Of a DNA stretch of 64,000 nucleotides, positions 19,316 through 29,402 are shown piece after piece (within the stretch, counting starts at the first letter, position 1; each line of letters begins with the position of its first letter). The notes below the pieces were generated by a model. The model was not told the DNA's origin. It ran no database searches and was given only the letters and a program-made list of their open reading frames with translations. The position numbers were made by a program, and so were the translations under genes. Source of the stretch: Candidatus Obscuribacterales bacterium (GTDB lineage Bacteria > Cyanobacteriota > Vampirovibrionia > Obscuribacterales > Obscuribacteraceae); assembly GCA_965228855.1 (NCBI GenBank), contig CBDDIJ010000002.1, positions 1,056,001 to 1,120,000 of the forward strand, given 5' to 3'.

Positions 19316-22075
19316 GTGAGTGACGAACAACCGGAGGGAACGCTCCAATCGTCTGATAATGACGATGTCCTGAACACCGGTACGCATGAGCTTGCCGGTG
19401 AGTTGATTGCAAAACACTACGAAATTATCGGCGAGGCTGGATCCGGCAATGTTTCGCGAGTGTATCGAGCCAGGCATCTCTTGATCAATAAGATAGTGGC
19501 CATCAAGCTTCTGCATAAGCACAATCTCGCCAAGGCGAATACGATTATGCGTTTCCAGCGGGAAGCCACTATTGTTGCGCTTCTCGACCATCCGAACATA
19601 GTGAAGTTCTATGAGTTCGGTGTGCACTCGACTGAACAACCGTATTTGATCCTTGAGTTTGTCGAGGGCAAAACCCTTTCGCAGATCGTGGACGAGGGCG
19701 GTCCGCTGGAGCCGCGTCGCGCCTGCAGTCTGTTTATTCAAATCTTGGATGCGATAGAACACTTGCATCAGAACGACATTCTGCATCGTGACATCAAGCC
19801 CGACAACGTCATGCTTAACGAGAAGGATGTTGTGAAACTAGTTGATTTTGGTTTTGCCGGAAAACATCATCGAGATGAGGAAGAGCAGTCTCTGACAAAG
19901 GTAGGAGAGATTTTCGGCACGCCCAATTACATGAGCCCTGAGCAGCAGATGGGCAAAGAGCTTGATGAGCGGAGCGACATTTACTCGCTCAGCGCGCTGC
20001 TGTTTTTTCTTCTTGCCGGACGACCGCCGTTTCAAGCACAATCTACATTGACTACGCTGATGCAACATGCAAGCGAGGCACCGCCATCGGTGGCGTCGAG
20101 AGTTTCCGATTCTGAACTCGCAAAAAGGCTCGACGATGTAATAGCTCATGGATTAGCCAAGGAGCCGGAGAATCGAATTCAAACAATAGAGCAGTTTCGA
20201 TCCCAAATCGAGAAGATAGTGGGAGTCGATTCATCCGCAGTTAGAAAAACATCTGCAATGTCTCCGATTTCGTCTTCGTCGAAAGACCAGGTAGAACGCG
20301 CACCTCGTTCAACTGCCAAAGTGATGAAGGTCACGGCCGGCGCGGCTGTTTTACTTCTTATCGTTGGCGGATTTATTGTGATGAGCAATGCCAAGAAAGC
20401 AGATCGAGAACGCGAGGAACGAGCAGCGAAGGCGAAGTCGGAAGAGAATCGTCCGCAAACTCGTGAGGAGATGATCGCGCTCTGGAAGCATCTTGATATG
20501 AAAGGACAGACGCAGTTTAACACCGGACAGTACGCGCTGAGTGAAAAAACGTTTCGTCATGCTCTAGAGTTGGGGCGACAAATTGATCCTGATGGACCGC
20601 AAGTTCAAAACGCTCTGGAAGAGTTGATCGATCTCTCGACGGCTCAAAACAAGCCTCCGGAGCCAACCTGGGAGAAAGCGCTGAAACGCATAACGTCGGT
20701 CGCGCTGAAACTGCAGCAGAAAGAAAGTGCTGAACTCAAGCGAGATGCGGAACGTTTAGCCGGAGGTAAGAATCCAGGAACCAAGGCTGATTTGGCTGAG
20801 GTGAAGCGCGTGGTTGGTGGCTCGATCGAGTGCGCCCAGGAGTTGTATTGGCTCGGTGATATCGATGGAGCCTTGTCGTTGTTGAACAGCCTGGATGCTG
20901 TGGGGAAGAGGTTTCCTGAGATTCATAGATCGTGGGATGCAGTGGTTCGATATTTGAAGACAGAGGAAAGTTCTTATCGTTCTTCCGTGGATGTTGCTGC
21001 GGAGGCGCGTCCAACGCTGGTGGCTCTGGAACGTGATATTGCGAATGCGAAAAAAATGCCTGACTACGATCGGGCGCAGTTGGCAGAACATTATCGCGCG
21101 GCTTCTTTGATGGCGCGCCGGCTGAACGACTATCCGAAGGCAATGCTCTATCTGAAAGAGTCGACCGACGCTGTATTGAGCGCGTCCGGACCGACAAGTT
21201 CTCGCTATGGCAACGCCTTGATTGCCGAGGCTTTTCTCTACGATGATCTCGGGCAGCGCGGCAAGGCTCAGCAGAAAGCGCTTGCAGCCTTGAAAGTCTA
21301 CAAGGGACCGAAAGTTTCTGAGGCTTCGGATCCGAGCAATCTGAACCGGGTGGCGGACATCTACACTTTCCTTGGCGACTACAGCAATGCTGCAAGTACG
21401 CTCAGCGAGTCGCTCGCGTTGCAGCAAAAAGCGGAGATGAAAAACTATGCTCGAATTGGTGACTGTTTAGTCCAGATTGCGCATGTTGGTGTTTTGCAGA
21501 AACGCACTGAGGGACTGGCTCCGCTTCTGAAGCGCGCGATCGCTATTCGGAAACGCATTTATCCGGAAATTGTAAATTACATCAGCGCTCCTTTGCGAAC
21601 GCTAGGAACCATCGCGCTTCTGGAAGGTAGAGCTCAGGCAGCCGAGGGCTTCTACAAGCACGCGTTGGAGTTGGATCTGTCGGATAGAAGGGATCCGAAA
21701 CATGCTTCTGCAGCCGAGGATTACGCCGCGCTTGCTAAGGTGTACGCCAGTTATGGCACCAGGGGTGGTGACGAAAAAGCGGTGGCGGCTTTGAAATCTC
21801 AAATTGAAACTGTTTTGCGTACATACGGAAATCGAGGCGGGGTCGTGATTCCAGTGCAATTAGAGATTGCGCGCATCTATGAAAAGCGCGGTGAGTACGA
21901 TGCTGCTAGCAAAATTTTGATTGAAGCCGAAAAGTTGGCGGAAAAGTCGGAAGTCCCTATCGCGCCTCGAAGTCTGGCGCGTGTGTACATGCAGCACGCT
22001 AAGGTTTTAGAAGAGCTGGGTCGCCCCGACGAAGCCGCAAAACTGCGAGAGAAGTCGAACCAGGGCCGCTACTAG
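19316..22075 (+). CDS. Hanks-type Ser/Thr kinase with TM segment and C-terminal TPR repeats
   Basis: VAIK, RFQREA, HPNIV, HRDIKPDN, DFG, GTPNYMSPE, SDIYSL; GTG at 19316 is the likely start. Confidence 0.93.
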   Translation: MSDEQPEGTLQSSDNDDVLNTGTHELAGELIAKHYEIIGEAGSGNVSRVYRARHLLINKIVAIKLLHKHNLAKANTIMRFQREATIVALLDHPNIVKFYEFGVHSTEQPYLILEFVEGKTLSQIVDEGGPLEPRRACSLFIQILDAIEHLHQNDILHRDIKPDNVMLNEKDVVKLVDFGFAGKHHRDEEEQSLTKVGEIFGTPNYMSPEQQMGKELDERSDIYSLSALLFFLLAGRPPFQAQSTLTTLMQHASEAPPSVASRVSDSELAKRLDDVIAHGLAKEPENRIQTIEQFRSQIEKIVGVDSSAVRKTSAMSPISSSSKDQVERAPRSTAKVMKVTAGAAVLLLIVGGFIVMSNAKKADREREERAAKAKSEENRPQTREEMIALWKHLDMKGQTQFNTGQYALSEKTFRHALELGRQIDPDGPQVQNALEELIDLSTAQNKPPEPTWEKALKRITSVALKLQQKESAELKRDAERLAGGKNPGTKADLAEVKRVVGGSIECAQELYWLGDIDGALSLLNSLDAVGKRFPEIHRSWDAVVRYLKTEESSYRSSVDVAAEARPTLVALERDIANAKKMPDYDRAQLAEHYRAASLMARRLNDYPKAMLYLKESTDAVLSASGPTSSRYGNALIAEAFLYDDLGQRGKAQQKALAALKVYKGPKVSEASDPSNLNRVADIYTFLGDYSNAASTLSESLALQQKAEMKNYARIGDCLVQIAHVGVLQKRTEGLAPLLKRAIAIRKRIYPEIVNYISAPLRTLGTIALLEGRAQAAEGFYKHALELDLSDRRDPKHASAAEDYAALAKVYASYGTRGGDEKAVAALKSQIETVLRTYGNRGGVVIPVQLEIARIYEKRGEYDAASKILIEAEKLAEKSEVPIAPRSLARVYMQHAKVLEELGRPDEAAKLREKSNQGRY

Positions 22076-22196
22076 AGTGTCCGTGTGTCCGTAACTGTTA
22101 CTACTATATGCCCTCGTTAGGGCTGATGGGCGAAAGTTTTACAGAGTAAGGATCCAGGGAGTCGGTCCCTTTAGGGATGACTTGAAAAGTGGTTGT

Positions 22197-22250
22197 TTGG
22201 CTACGCCAAGATGACGGAATTCGCAATTTTCGGCATTCTGGCGTAGACAA
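22197..22250 (+). repeat. 54-bp palindromic repeat, copy 2
   Basis: TTGGCTACGCCAAGATGACGGAATTCGCAATTTTCGGCATTCTGGCGTAGACAA. Confidence 0.9.
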
Positions 22251-22317
22251 CTTTCCCGAGCGGACCGGCCGTTCATCGGAACTGATGATTCGCATGGGGT
22301 GCCAGAGCGTGAGGAAG

Positions 22318-22371
22318 ATGTCTATCCTGCGATGCCAGATTCCGCGAATTCCGTCATCGTGGCGTAGCCAA
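22318..22371 (-). repeat. 54-bp palindromic repeat, copy 3 (inverted relative to copy 2)
   Basis: Reverse complement TTGGCTACGCCACGATGACGGAATTCGCGGAATCTGGCATCGCAGGATAGACAT. Confidence 0.88.
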
Positions 22372-22480
22372 AACGCTTTTTTTCAAGGACTCTCTTAAGT
22401 GTTGATCCTGCAGATGCCGACAGTATGGGGAGTCTGGGCAGATCAACGGAGCTAGATCATATAGTAGGCATGTCCTGGTG

Positions 22481-22523
22481 AAAAAGAGGCACCCAGGCTT
22501 GTTTTGCAACAGGCCTGGGTGCC
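22481..22523 (-). terminator. Intrinsic terminator of htpX
   Basis: GGCACCCAGGCTTGTT/AACAGGCCTGGGTGCC stem with a T5 tract on the minus strand. Confidence 0.75.
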
Positions 22524-22529
22524 GGAAGG

Positions 22530-23588
22530 CTACATGATGCGGGGACAGCTGCCGCCGGACATCTCGTCGAGCATCTTGAGGCGCTCGGGGATCGGCGGGT
22601 GGTTTTCGCCCAGACCCTTCCACCAACGGCGGATGGAGGCGAAGACACCGCCCTTGTTCTTCTTCGGGTCGCCGGTGAACTCGTTGTCGAAATCCGACAC
22701 GAGAAGCAGCGGGCTCAGACCGGAGATGAGGAAACGCGTCTTCATGTCGGGTCCGCTGTGGAAGGTCATCCAGAGGACGATCTTCTGGAGCGAGGTCGAC
22801 AGCGCGCAGGGATTGTTGGTCCACAGCGCGGCGAGCGCGTCGGCATGGCTTTCGCGGCAGCGGCTCACGAACAGCGTGACGAACTTCGCGAAGATGCTGA
22901 CGATGTAGAAGAGAATCGCCATGACGATGAAGCCGGCGATGCCGCCAGTCGTCGCGAAGAAGCCCTTCTTCTGCTTGTTGACCTTGTTCTCCAGCTTGTC
23001 GAGCAGCGTCGCCGACTTGCGGGAACTGAACACGCCGTGAAACAGCCAGGGCAGACCCTGCGCAACGATCAGGCTGAACGCCGAGCCGAGCACCGCGGTG
23101 AACGAAGTGATCGCGACGTCGTGAGCCTTCACGTGCGCGAGTTCGTGAGCCAGAATGGCTTCAAGCTCGTCATCGTTGAGACCGACTTCGAACAGTCCTT
23201 CGGTTGCGGCGATGAAGGCGTTCCGCGGGTTGCGGCCGGTGGCGAAGGCGTTCGGCACGGGCAGCGGCGAAACATAAACCGGCGGCTTCACGGGAAGCCC
23301 GGTCACGGGGTAGAGCTTGTCGACGAGGCGCACCAGACGCGCGTGGTCCGGGTCGTTGAGATTCGGCGCCTGGCATCGCATCAGCTTCTTCACGAGAGTG
23401 CCTGAGTGATACCAGCCGAGCAGCGGAAAGAGAACCCAGAGGCCCAGGATGATCATGCCGAACGACCAGTGGAACCCGAGGTACCACAGACCGCCGACCG
23501 AGAGGGCAGCCAGGAACAGAACACCGAGCGCCGTCTGAATCCAGGTCATGGAGATTCGACGCTTGATGGCGGAGTGATTGTGTGCCAT
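22530..23588 (-). CDS. htpX: HtpX-like M48 zinc membrane protease
   Basis: PNAFATGRNP, ELEAILAHELAH, SRCRESHADA, HPPIPERL. Confidence 0.9.
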   Translation of the reverse strand: MAHNHSAIKRRISMTWIQTALGVLFLAALSVGGLWYLGFHWSFGMIILGLWVLFPLLGWYHSGTLVKKLMRCQAPNLNDPDHARLVRLVDKLYPVTGLPVKPPVYVSPLPVPNAFATGRNPRNAFIAATEGLFEVGLNDDELEAILAHELAHVKAHDVAITSFTAVLGSAFSLIVAQGLPWLFHGVFSSRKSATLLDKLENKVNKQKKGFFATTGGIAGFIVMAILFYIVSIFAKFVTLFVSRCRESHADALAALWTNNPCALSTSLQKIVLWMTFHSGPDMKTRFLISGLSPLLLVSDFDNEFTGDPKKNKGGVFASIRRWWKGLGENHPPIPERLKMLDEMSGGSCPRIM

Positions 23589-24174
23589 CCGAAAGTCCCT
23601 TTATGTGAGAGTTGTTGTTTCAGGTGCAAGAAAACAGCCACCGCGCCGACTTTGGAGAGCAGCGTGACGACTGGGTTTTAGCGATCCTGTATGACTTCAC
23701 CCACGAATGAGTGGGCTAACAGAGAGAAAAGTAGCGTGGGGGGAACGCTTTAGAAGGCCTGCAGTGAAACCAAAAGAAACTGAAATAAGAACTTTGGAAG
23801 TCTACTTAACTCGCTATTCTTGGCTCAAGAAGAAATAATTAGAGAGTCTATAAGTAATGACCAAAGTTACTAATTAGCGCGTCTTGACATTTTGGAACAT
23901 AGTTTGCGCGGCTCGCGATATGGAGGGATTGACCACGGATGGTTTCGGTTTCGCTTGTGGAAGCCTCTTGTCAAGCGGGTTTCCCGCGTGTTGTTTTGAA
24001 GTTTCTGTTTCAAAACAACCAGACCTTAATCGACCGCTGATACTAAATACGGTGTCAGTGATGTGTCGTTTTCGACATGAGCTGGCAGCCTGTGTTTCAA
24101 AAACTTATGGCTAGCTGAGTCGCGATGAACCGGAACATAGCCATTCTGACATCATTGAAAGTCAGAATTGACGA

Positions 24175-24396
24175 TTATTTTTTATAGCCTTCGGCGGCGA
24201 GCCGCTCAACTGTCCACATGCGTACGAGCGTGCCGAGAGGCATCTTCTTTTGATCGGCAGCCTTCATTAGAAGTAGCATCGTTTCTTCGTCAACCCTGAA
24301 CTGAACAGTGCCTGCAACACTGACTTCTTTTTTAGCCTTTGCTCTTAGGTTGTCTAACCGGTCTTGGGCGCTAAGTTTGTTATTATGCAATTTCAT
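24175..24396 (-). CDS. Putative antitoxin (CopG/BrnA-like ribbon-helix-helix)
   Basis: TVQFRVDE..L.KAADQKKMPLGTLVRMWTVERL; 3 bp downstream of the toxin-like ORF. Confidence 0.75.
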   Translation of the reverse strand: MKLHNNKLSAQDRLDNLRAKAKKEVSVAGTVQFRVDEETMLLLMKAADQKKMPLGTLVRMWTVERLAAEGYKK

Positions 24397-24399
24397 TGT

Positions 24400-24735
24400 T
24401 CATAACCTGTCTTCGAAGTCGTTTTTGTATTTCTTGCCTGCATCCATGGCATGAAAGATGTGCTCTCTATCTTCATCTTCAAAGTACTCAATGCCAATTT
24501 CTAAGATACGTCCTTCATAGGTCCATCCGATGATCATGGCTCTGGTATTGCCTCGGACGCTAGGGTCCAAGTCCTCGGCATAGGTGAGTTCTGAGGCAAA
24601 AACCTGTTGAATTTCCGACCGGGTGACTTCGTGTTTTGCTAGTTGGGAATCTTCGTAGGTTGTGTCAGGTAAATGATCCTCCGTCTGTCCTTTATTGTAA
24701 TACAAAACAGGACGACTGTGCGGACACCTCCTCAT
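24400..24735 (-). CDS. Putative BrnT/RelE-fold toxin (start codon unclear)
   Basis: LAKHEVT..EI.QVF, IIGWT..GRILEI, IFHAM resemble BrnT-like ribonuclease toxins. Confidence 0.7.
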   Translation of the reverse strand: MRRCPHSRPVLYYNKGQTEDHLPDTTYEDSQLAKHEVTRSEIQQVFASELTYAEDLDPSVRGNTRAMIIGWTYEGRILEIGIEYFEDEDREHIFHAMDAGKKYKNDFEDRL

Positions 24736-25829
24736 TTCTGCTGTCGAAAAAAGCGGCTGAAATTACCGTCTAGGTTGTATAGATGGTCGGGTATTTGTGG
24801 AAAAACAGTGACTAATTCGTCGGGCGTTTTTGGCCTAGGTCCAAGTTGTAAAACAGACTGAAGGTCAATGTGTTCGATGTACGGTGCAACGCGCTCGCGG
24901 AGGTCCGGGCCAAACCAACTAATCCATGTCCTCACATCGGGAATTCCGGCCCAATAGCTTTCATTACCAAATCCCCACTTCGTTCCTATGACTTCATTCT
25001 GAGAGTACAGTACGGGCGAATTTACGAGGCCACCCGCATAGATAGCACTTAAGGCGTCGGCAATTTTCGGAATTAAACCAGTTAGAGTATCCAGTTGGTC
25101 GTTCTTGATAGCTTCTAAGCAATTTAATTCTAGAGTGAATGTTGATAGCGGTCTCTCGTTGGAAAGAAGCCGAGATAAGCTGTTCGCGGTAGGAAGGCTC
25201 AGTTTTCCTTCAATGCATGGTTGGTCGGCAGTCCACATAAGAAACCCATCACTCAGCTCTTGTTGTCTGGTGCAAGTTTTGATGAAGCCCTCTAGCCCAT
25301 CTCTTTCATAGTTACCTTGAAAAGGCGGAGCCCCACCGAATCGCCGAGGAAGGCAGAATGACGCTTCATCCTGCAGAATCGATATCACCTTTCTGACTTG
25401 GCTTGTGTTCATACTACCTATCGCAAACCATTTGAGAGTGAGCAAGCAAATTTCTTGTTTGATGTCCTTCCGGAAAGAGAAGACCTTGTTTCTTGGAAAT
25501 AAAAGCTCATTTGTCAGGGGCGCATATAGTAGACCCTGCAGCTGAGATGCTAAATCGCACCCAAACTGTATTGCCTTATCCAGGTACCGATCTGATGATG
25601 TGAGCGTTACTAAAGTATTGAAATTTTCAGCATCGGCGATTGGAACATCCTCCGGTTCAACATTAAGAGAAGGCCAATCGAAATAAAATAGCGAGCGACC
25701 TTCCGAGTCGATAAAATGTAGCTCGGTCATTTCTTCAACTAAAGTTAGGTTGTGATTGCAAGCCACGACTTTAAGAAAAGCCACATCTACTGGCAACTCA
25801 AGATATAAATCGAGCCAAATTATTTGCAT
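24732..25829 (-). CDS. Hypothetical protein in the AT-richer block
   Basis: 365-aa ORF with GAGG RBS before ATG at 25829. Confidence 0.7.
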   Translation of the reverse strand: MQIIWLDLYLELPVDVAFLKVVACNHNLTLVEEMTELHFIDSEGRSLFYFDWPSLNVEPEDVPIADAENFNTLVTLTSSDRYLDKAIQFGCDLASQLQGLLYAPLTNELLFPRNKVFSFRKDIKQEICLLTLKWFAIGSMNTSQVRKVISILQDEASFCLPRRFGGAPPFQGNYERDGLEGFIKTCTRQQELSDGFLMWTADQPCIEGKLSLPTANSLSRLLSNERPLSTFTLELNCLEAIKNDQLDTLTGLIPKIADALSAIYAGGLVNSPVLYSQNEVIGTKWGFGNESYWAGIPDVRTWISWFGPDLRERVAPYIEHIDLQSVLQLGPRPKTPDELVTVFPQIPDHLYNLDGNFSRFFRQQK

Positions 25830-26086
25830 ACAAACCTCAATCCGTTGCAAGGGATACCATTATTACAATATGTCCGACCAGGCTAGTAAGACCAAGCGCT
25901 CTTCGGAAGCTGTGAAGTGGACCCGGTCCGTAGACAACCTCACACGGGTTGGCTAAGGTATAAGTGGTGGTACTACTGGCGGTGTCCTTCGGCGGCAACG
26001 TGACAGACCGCCTGGCGCATTTTGTTACAACCCATTGAAATGAGATAATCAAGCCTCACCGCCGAGGCCACTGCTGGAGACGGTCA

Positions 26087-26647
26087 ATGTTTAGAAGACT
26101 TTATTTGTCTGCATTTTCATTTTTTTGTTTGTCCATGTTTCATATTCTGTTTTTCCTTCCAAGCTCGGCATTCGAAGAACCGACAGAGTCGATTTTTCCT
26201 GACTTATCTTTTTTGGTAAATGAAGGTAAGTTTCCGGATTACAATGCGAGATGGTTCAGGAAGCTGGACACGATAGGTTTCGACATTGATTTTGTACCCA
26301 ATGCCTTTACCCGCGACGAAGAAGTACTAATAAAAGCTAATGCACGTAAACGATTGGAATCAAGCGGATTGAAGATTGTTGATCGCTTTGAGGCGAGCTC
26401 GAAAAAGTACCCGTTTTTTTTAATTAAGGTATACGCACTGTCTGGTTCCGCGAAAAAAATGACTTTCATTTCTGCGGACTTAATCCGAGAAGTTAGCCTT
26501 TGCGATGTTGATACGGAGCGTGGATTCACCTCCGTATGGCATAAATACTATTTCTGCAAATCAGAAGTGGTAGCAAATACGGTGCTAAAGGAAGTGATAG
26601 AGGAATTCCTGGACTTGAACACGCGATCAGAAAGAGTTGGAAAGTAG
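26087..26647 (+). CDS. Hypothetical exported protein
   Basis: GGAG RBS, signal-like N-terminus, AT-rich codons. Confidence 0.65.
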   Translation: MFRRLYLSAFSFFCLSMFHILFFLPSSAFEEPTESIFPDLSFLVNEGKFPDYNARWFRKLDTIGFDIDFVPNAFTRDEEVLIKANARKRLESSGLKIVDRFEASSKKYPFFLIKVYALSGSAKKMTFISADLIREVSLCDVDTERGFTSVWHKYYFCKSEVVANTVLKEVIEEFLDLNTRSERVGK

Positions 26648-26728
26648 GATGCATTAGCCAATATTTCGCCACCTGCTGTTTGGGAAGTATGCGGGGAACA
26701 GCTACTATTAGACGACCTAACTTCTACA

Positions 26729-27328
26729 TCACTTCTTGTTCACGTCAGAACCGCAGCACGACTCGCCTTTCGTTCTTCCTTGCTTAAGCTTCGGCTCGGC
26801 ACCGGCTTCTGAATTTTGCTCGCCTGTCGTTTTAGAAGCTGACTTCTTGCCGTTATCCCAGAGTCGCTCGCGCTTGTATTTTTGCAAGGTCGGACTTTCC
26901 GTTTCAAACGGATACTCCTTCGCGTAGCGTTTATCAATGAACTTTTGAATGTCGGAGATGCTCTTGCCCTTGCGATGAAACTTGAGCGCGAGAATCGCCT
27001 CTTCCTGGCAAATGTGACAATCCACGCCGTGGTCGCTCGTAAAGCAGTCGAGCAAACTGCCGTGGCAGTCCGTCATGTCGCAACCGCAATAACAAAAAAG
27101 TTTCTCGCAAACTTCCGGAACTTCCTTTGCGGCAAGATATCCGGCTTTGACCTGACCGACGTAATTGCCGGCGTCCAGAACTTCCTTCCTTGCAGTTTTG
27201 TCGCCGGCAGACGGCGCGGCGGCGTTCGCGAAGGCTGGCGGTGTAAACAAAAGCAACGCCGCGGATAGCGCGAGGACGCCTGACGGTTTCAAACTGAAAC
27301 GAGATTTTGGTTGTGTCGGAATCGCCAT
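26729..27328 (-). CDS. PCYCGC-motif-like Cys-rich exported protein
   Basis: Signal peptide (AFA), FCYCGC..CHGSLLDCF..CHICQEEA. Confidence 0.8.
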   Translation of the reverse strand: MAIPTQPKSRFSLKPSGVLALSAALLLFTPPAFANAAAPSAGDKTARKEVLDAGNYVGQVKAGYLAAKEVPEVCEKLFCYCGCDMTDCHGSLLDCFTSDHGVDCHICQEEAILALKFHRKGKSISDIQKFIDKRYAKEYPFETESPTLQKYKRERLWDNGKKSASKTTGEQNSEAGAEPKLKQGRTKGESCCGSDVNKK

Positions 27329-27478
27329 GCATCTAGTTGTAGCAGGTTTTTGTGCGGACGAAAACGTTTGTGCGCCGGAGCTTATGAGCGCGGAGTAATT
27401 TTAAGATCGTAAAGGTTTACAAGCGGCTCTAAGATCTATTTGATATGATCACTCATCCTGATGAACTGATCAGCCTTT

Positions 27479-29400
27479 ATGGGTGTCGACATGGATTTTG
27501 ATGTAATTGTTGTTGGCGGCGGGCACGCCGGAGCCGAGGCGGCGAACGCATCTTCGAAGATGGGTCTCAAGACTCTGTTGCTCGCGGTCAACCTCGACAC
27601 GGTGGGCGCGATGCCTTGCAATCCGGCTGTTGGCGGACCCGGCAAATCACATCTAGCTAAAGAGGTCGATGCCCTTGGTGGCGTAATTGGTATCGCCGCT
27701 GATGCTACATACTTGCAGTTGCGAACGCTCAACTCCAGTCGCGGACCTGCTGTGCAAGCCCTGCGCGCCCAGTCCGACAAGCGCGAGTATAGCAACTGGA
27801 TCAAAAATTATTTGGAAACCTTGCCGAACCTGACGCTCAAACAGGGCATGGTTAACCGCTTTATCGTAGAAGGGCGCCGTATCTGTGGTGTGGAACTGGC
27901 TTTCGGCGAGCGCATCAAAGCCAAAGCAGTTGTACTATGCGCCGGAACATTCCTCGAAGGAACGATTTGGATTGGGAAACAAACCCAACCCGCCGGCCGC
28001 GCCGGTGAGTTTCCCGCTGTCGGGCTGTCTGAAAACCTTCGTTCGATGGGCTTCACGACCGGTCGTTTGAAGACCGGAACGCCGCCACGCATCGATGGGC
28101 GCACAATTGATTACACCAATTTGCCTGTTGTTCCAGGCGATGAAAACCCTGATTTCTTCTCATTCCTCGACAAGCGTCCGGTTTTGGAACAGGTACCGTG
28201 CCACCAGACCAGAACCACCGAGAAGACGCACGAAATCATCCGCGCAAACCTGCATGAGTCGCCGATGTACTCGGGAATGATTCATGGAATCGGACCGCGC
28301 TATTGTCCTTCCATCGAAGATAAGATTGTTCGTTTCGCTGATAAGGACAGCCATTCGTTCTTCCTGGAGCCGGAAGGTCGCTCGACTTACGAGATTTACT
28401 TGCAAGGCTGCTCGACAAGTTTGCCGGTCGCGGTTCAACAACAGATCGTCAATTCGTTGCCTGGTCTGGAGAACGCTTCAATGGTTCGCGCCGCATACGC
28501 GGTTGAGTATGATTACTTGCCGGCAGTGCAGTTTACCCACGCGCTGATGGCTAAAGACCTTGATGGTTTCTTTGCTGCCGGGCAGATTTTGGGAACGTCC
28601 GGTTACGAAGAAGCCGCAGCGCAAGGTATCGTAGCTGGTATCAACGCCGCCCGCTATTGTCTCGACAAAGAGCCGATGATCCTCGCGCGTTCCTCCAGTT
28701 ACACCGGCACTCTCGTGGACGATCTGGTTACGAAGGAGATTGGCGAACCCTATCGAATGATGACGTCGCGCTCTGAATACAGACTGTTGTTGCGCCAGGA
28801 CAACGCTGATTCCAGGCTGACTCCGATCGGTCGAGAGATCGGTCTGGTCGACGAATATCGATGGAGACTTTTCTGCGAAAAACAAGATGCGATTCGCGCG
28901 GAGAAAGAGCGTTTGTCCTCGACCCGTGTTAAGCCTGATGAAAACTGGATTGCCGCGTTATCCGAAATAGGCGAGGAGATGAAACAGTCGCTGACGTTGG
29001 AAGAACTTTTGCGTCGTCCGCGCGTTCCTACTCTTTGATCGAGAGCCTCAGTCCGTCTGAGGAAGGCTGCGAATTCCCGCACGCCATGCCGGTTGAAACC
29101 GACATCAAATATGCCGGTTATATCGAACGTCAACGTCATCAAGTCGAGCAGGCTGAAAAATATGACAGTGTAAAACTGCCTGCCGACCTCGATTACACAA
29201 CGTTGGTGCATCTGTCTAAAGAGACACGCGAGAAGTTGAATCGCATACGTCCGGAGACGCTCGGACAAGCCGCTCGTATAGGCGGTGTTCGTCCGGCTGA
29301 TGTTTCGGTGCTCATGATCTTTTTGGAAACCGAACGACGCAATCGCACTCACGCCGAGCGCGGCAAGAATAAAACCGATCTGGCTACCGCAGGAAGTTAG
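27479..29400 (+). CDS. mnmG: tRNA uridine-5-carboxymethylaminomethyl(34) synthesis enzyme MnmG, split by a frameshift near 29025 (ORFs 27479-29038 and 29035-29400)
   Basis: [53 protein letters not shown]; second ORF carries [10 protein letters not shown] and [15 protein letters not shown]. Confidence 0.95.
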
Positions 29401-29402
29401 GC

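Noticed and set aside
25929..25958. CGTAGACAA followed closely by TTGGCTA, like a head-to-tail junction of the 54-bp core
   Set aside because: The rest of the core is absent on both sides and there is no box at the expected distance; likely chance.
29033..29040. CTT-TGA resembling the prfB +1 programmed frameshift
   Set aside because: The mnmG continuation is in the -1 frame; the +1 frame stops within a few codons.
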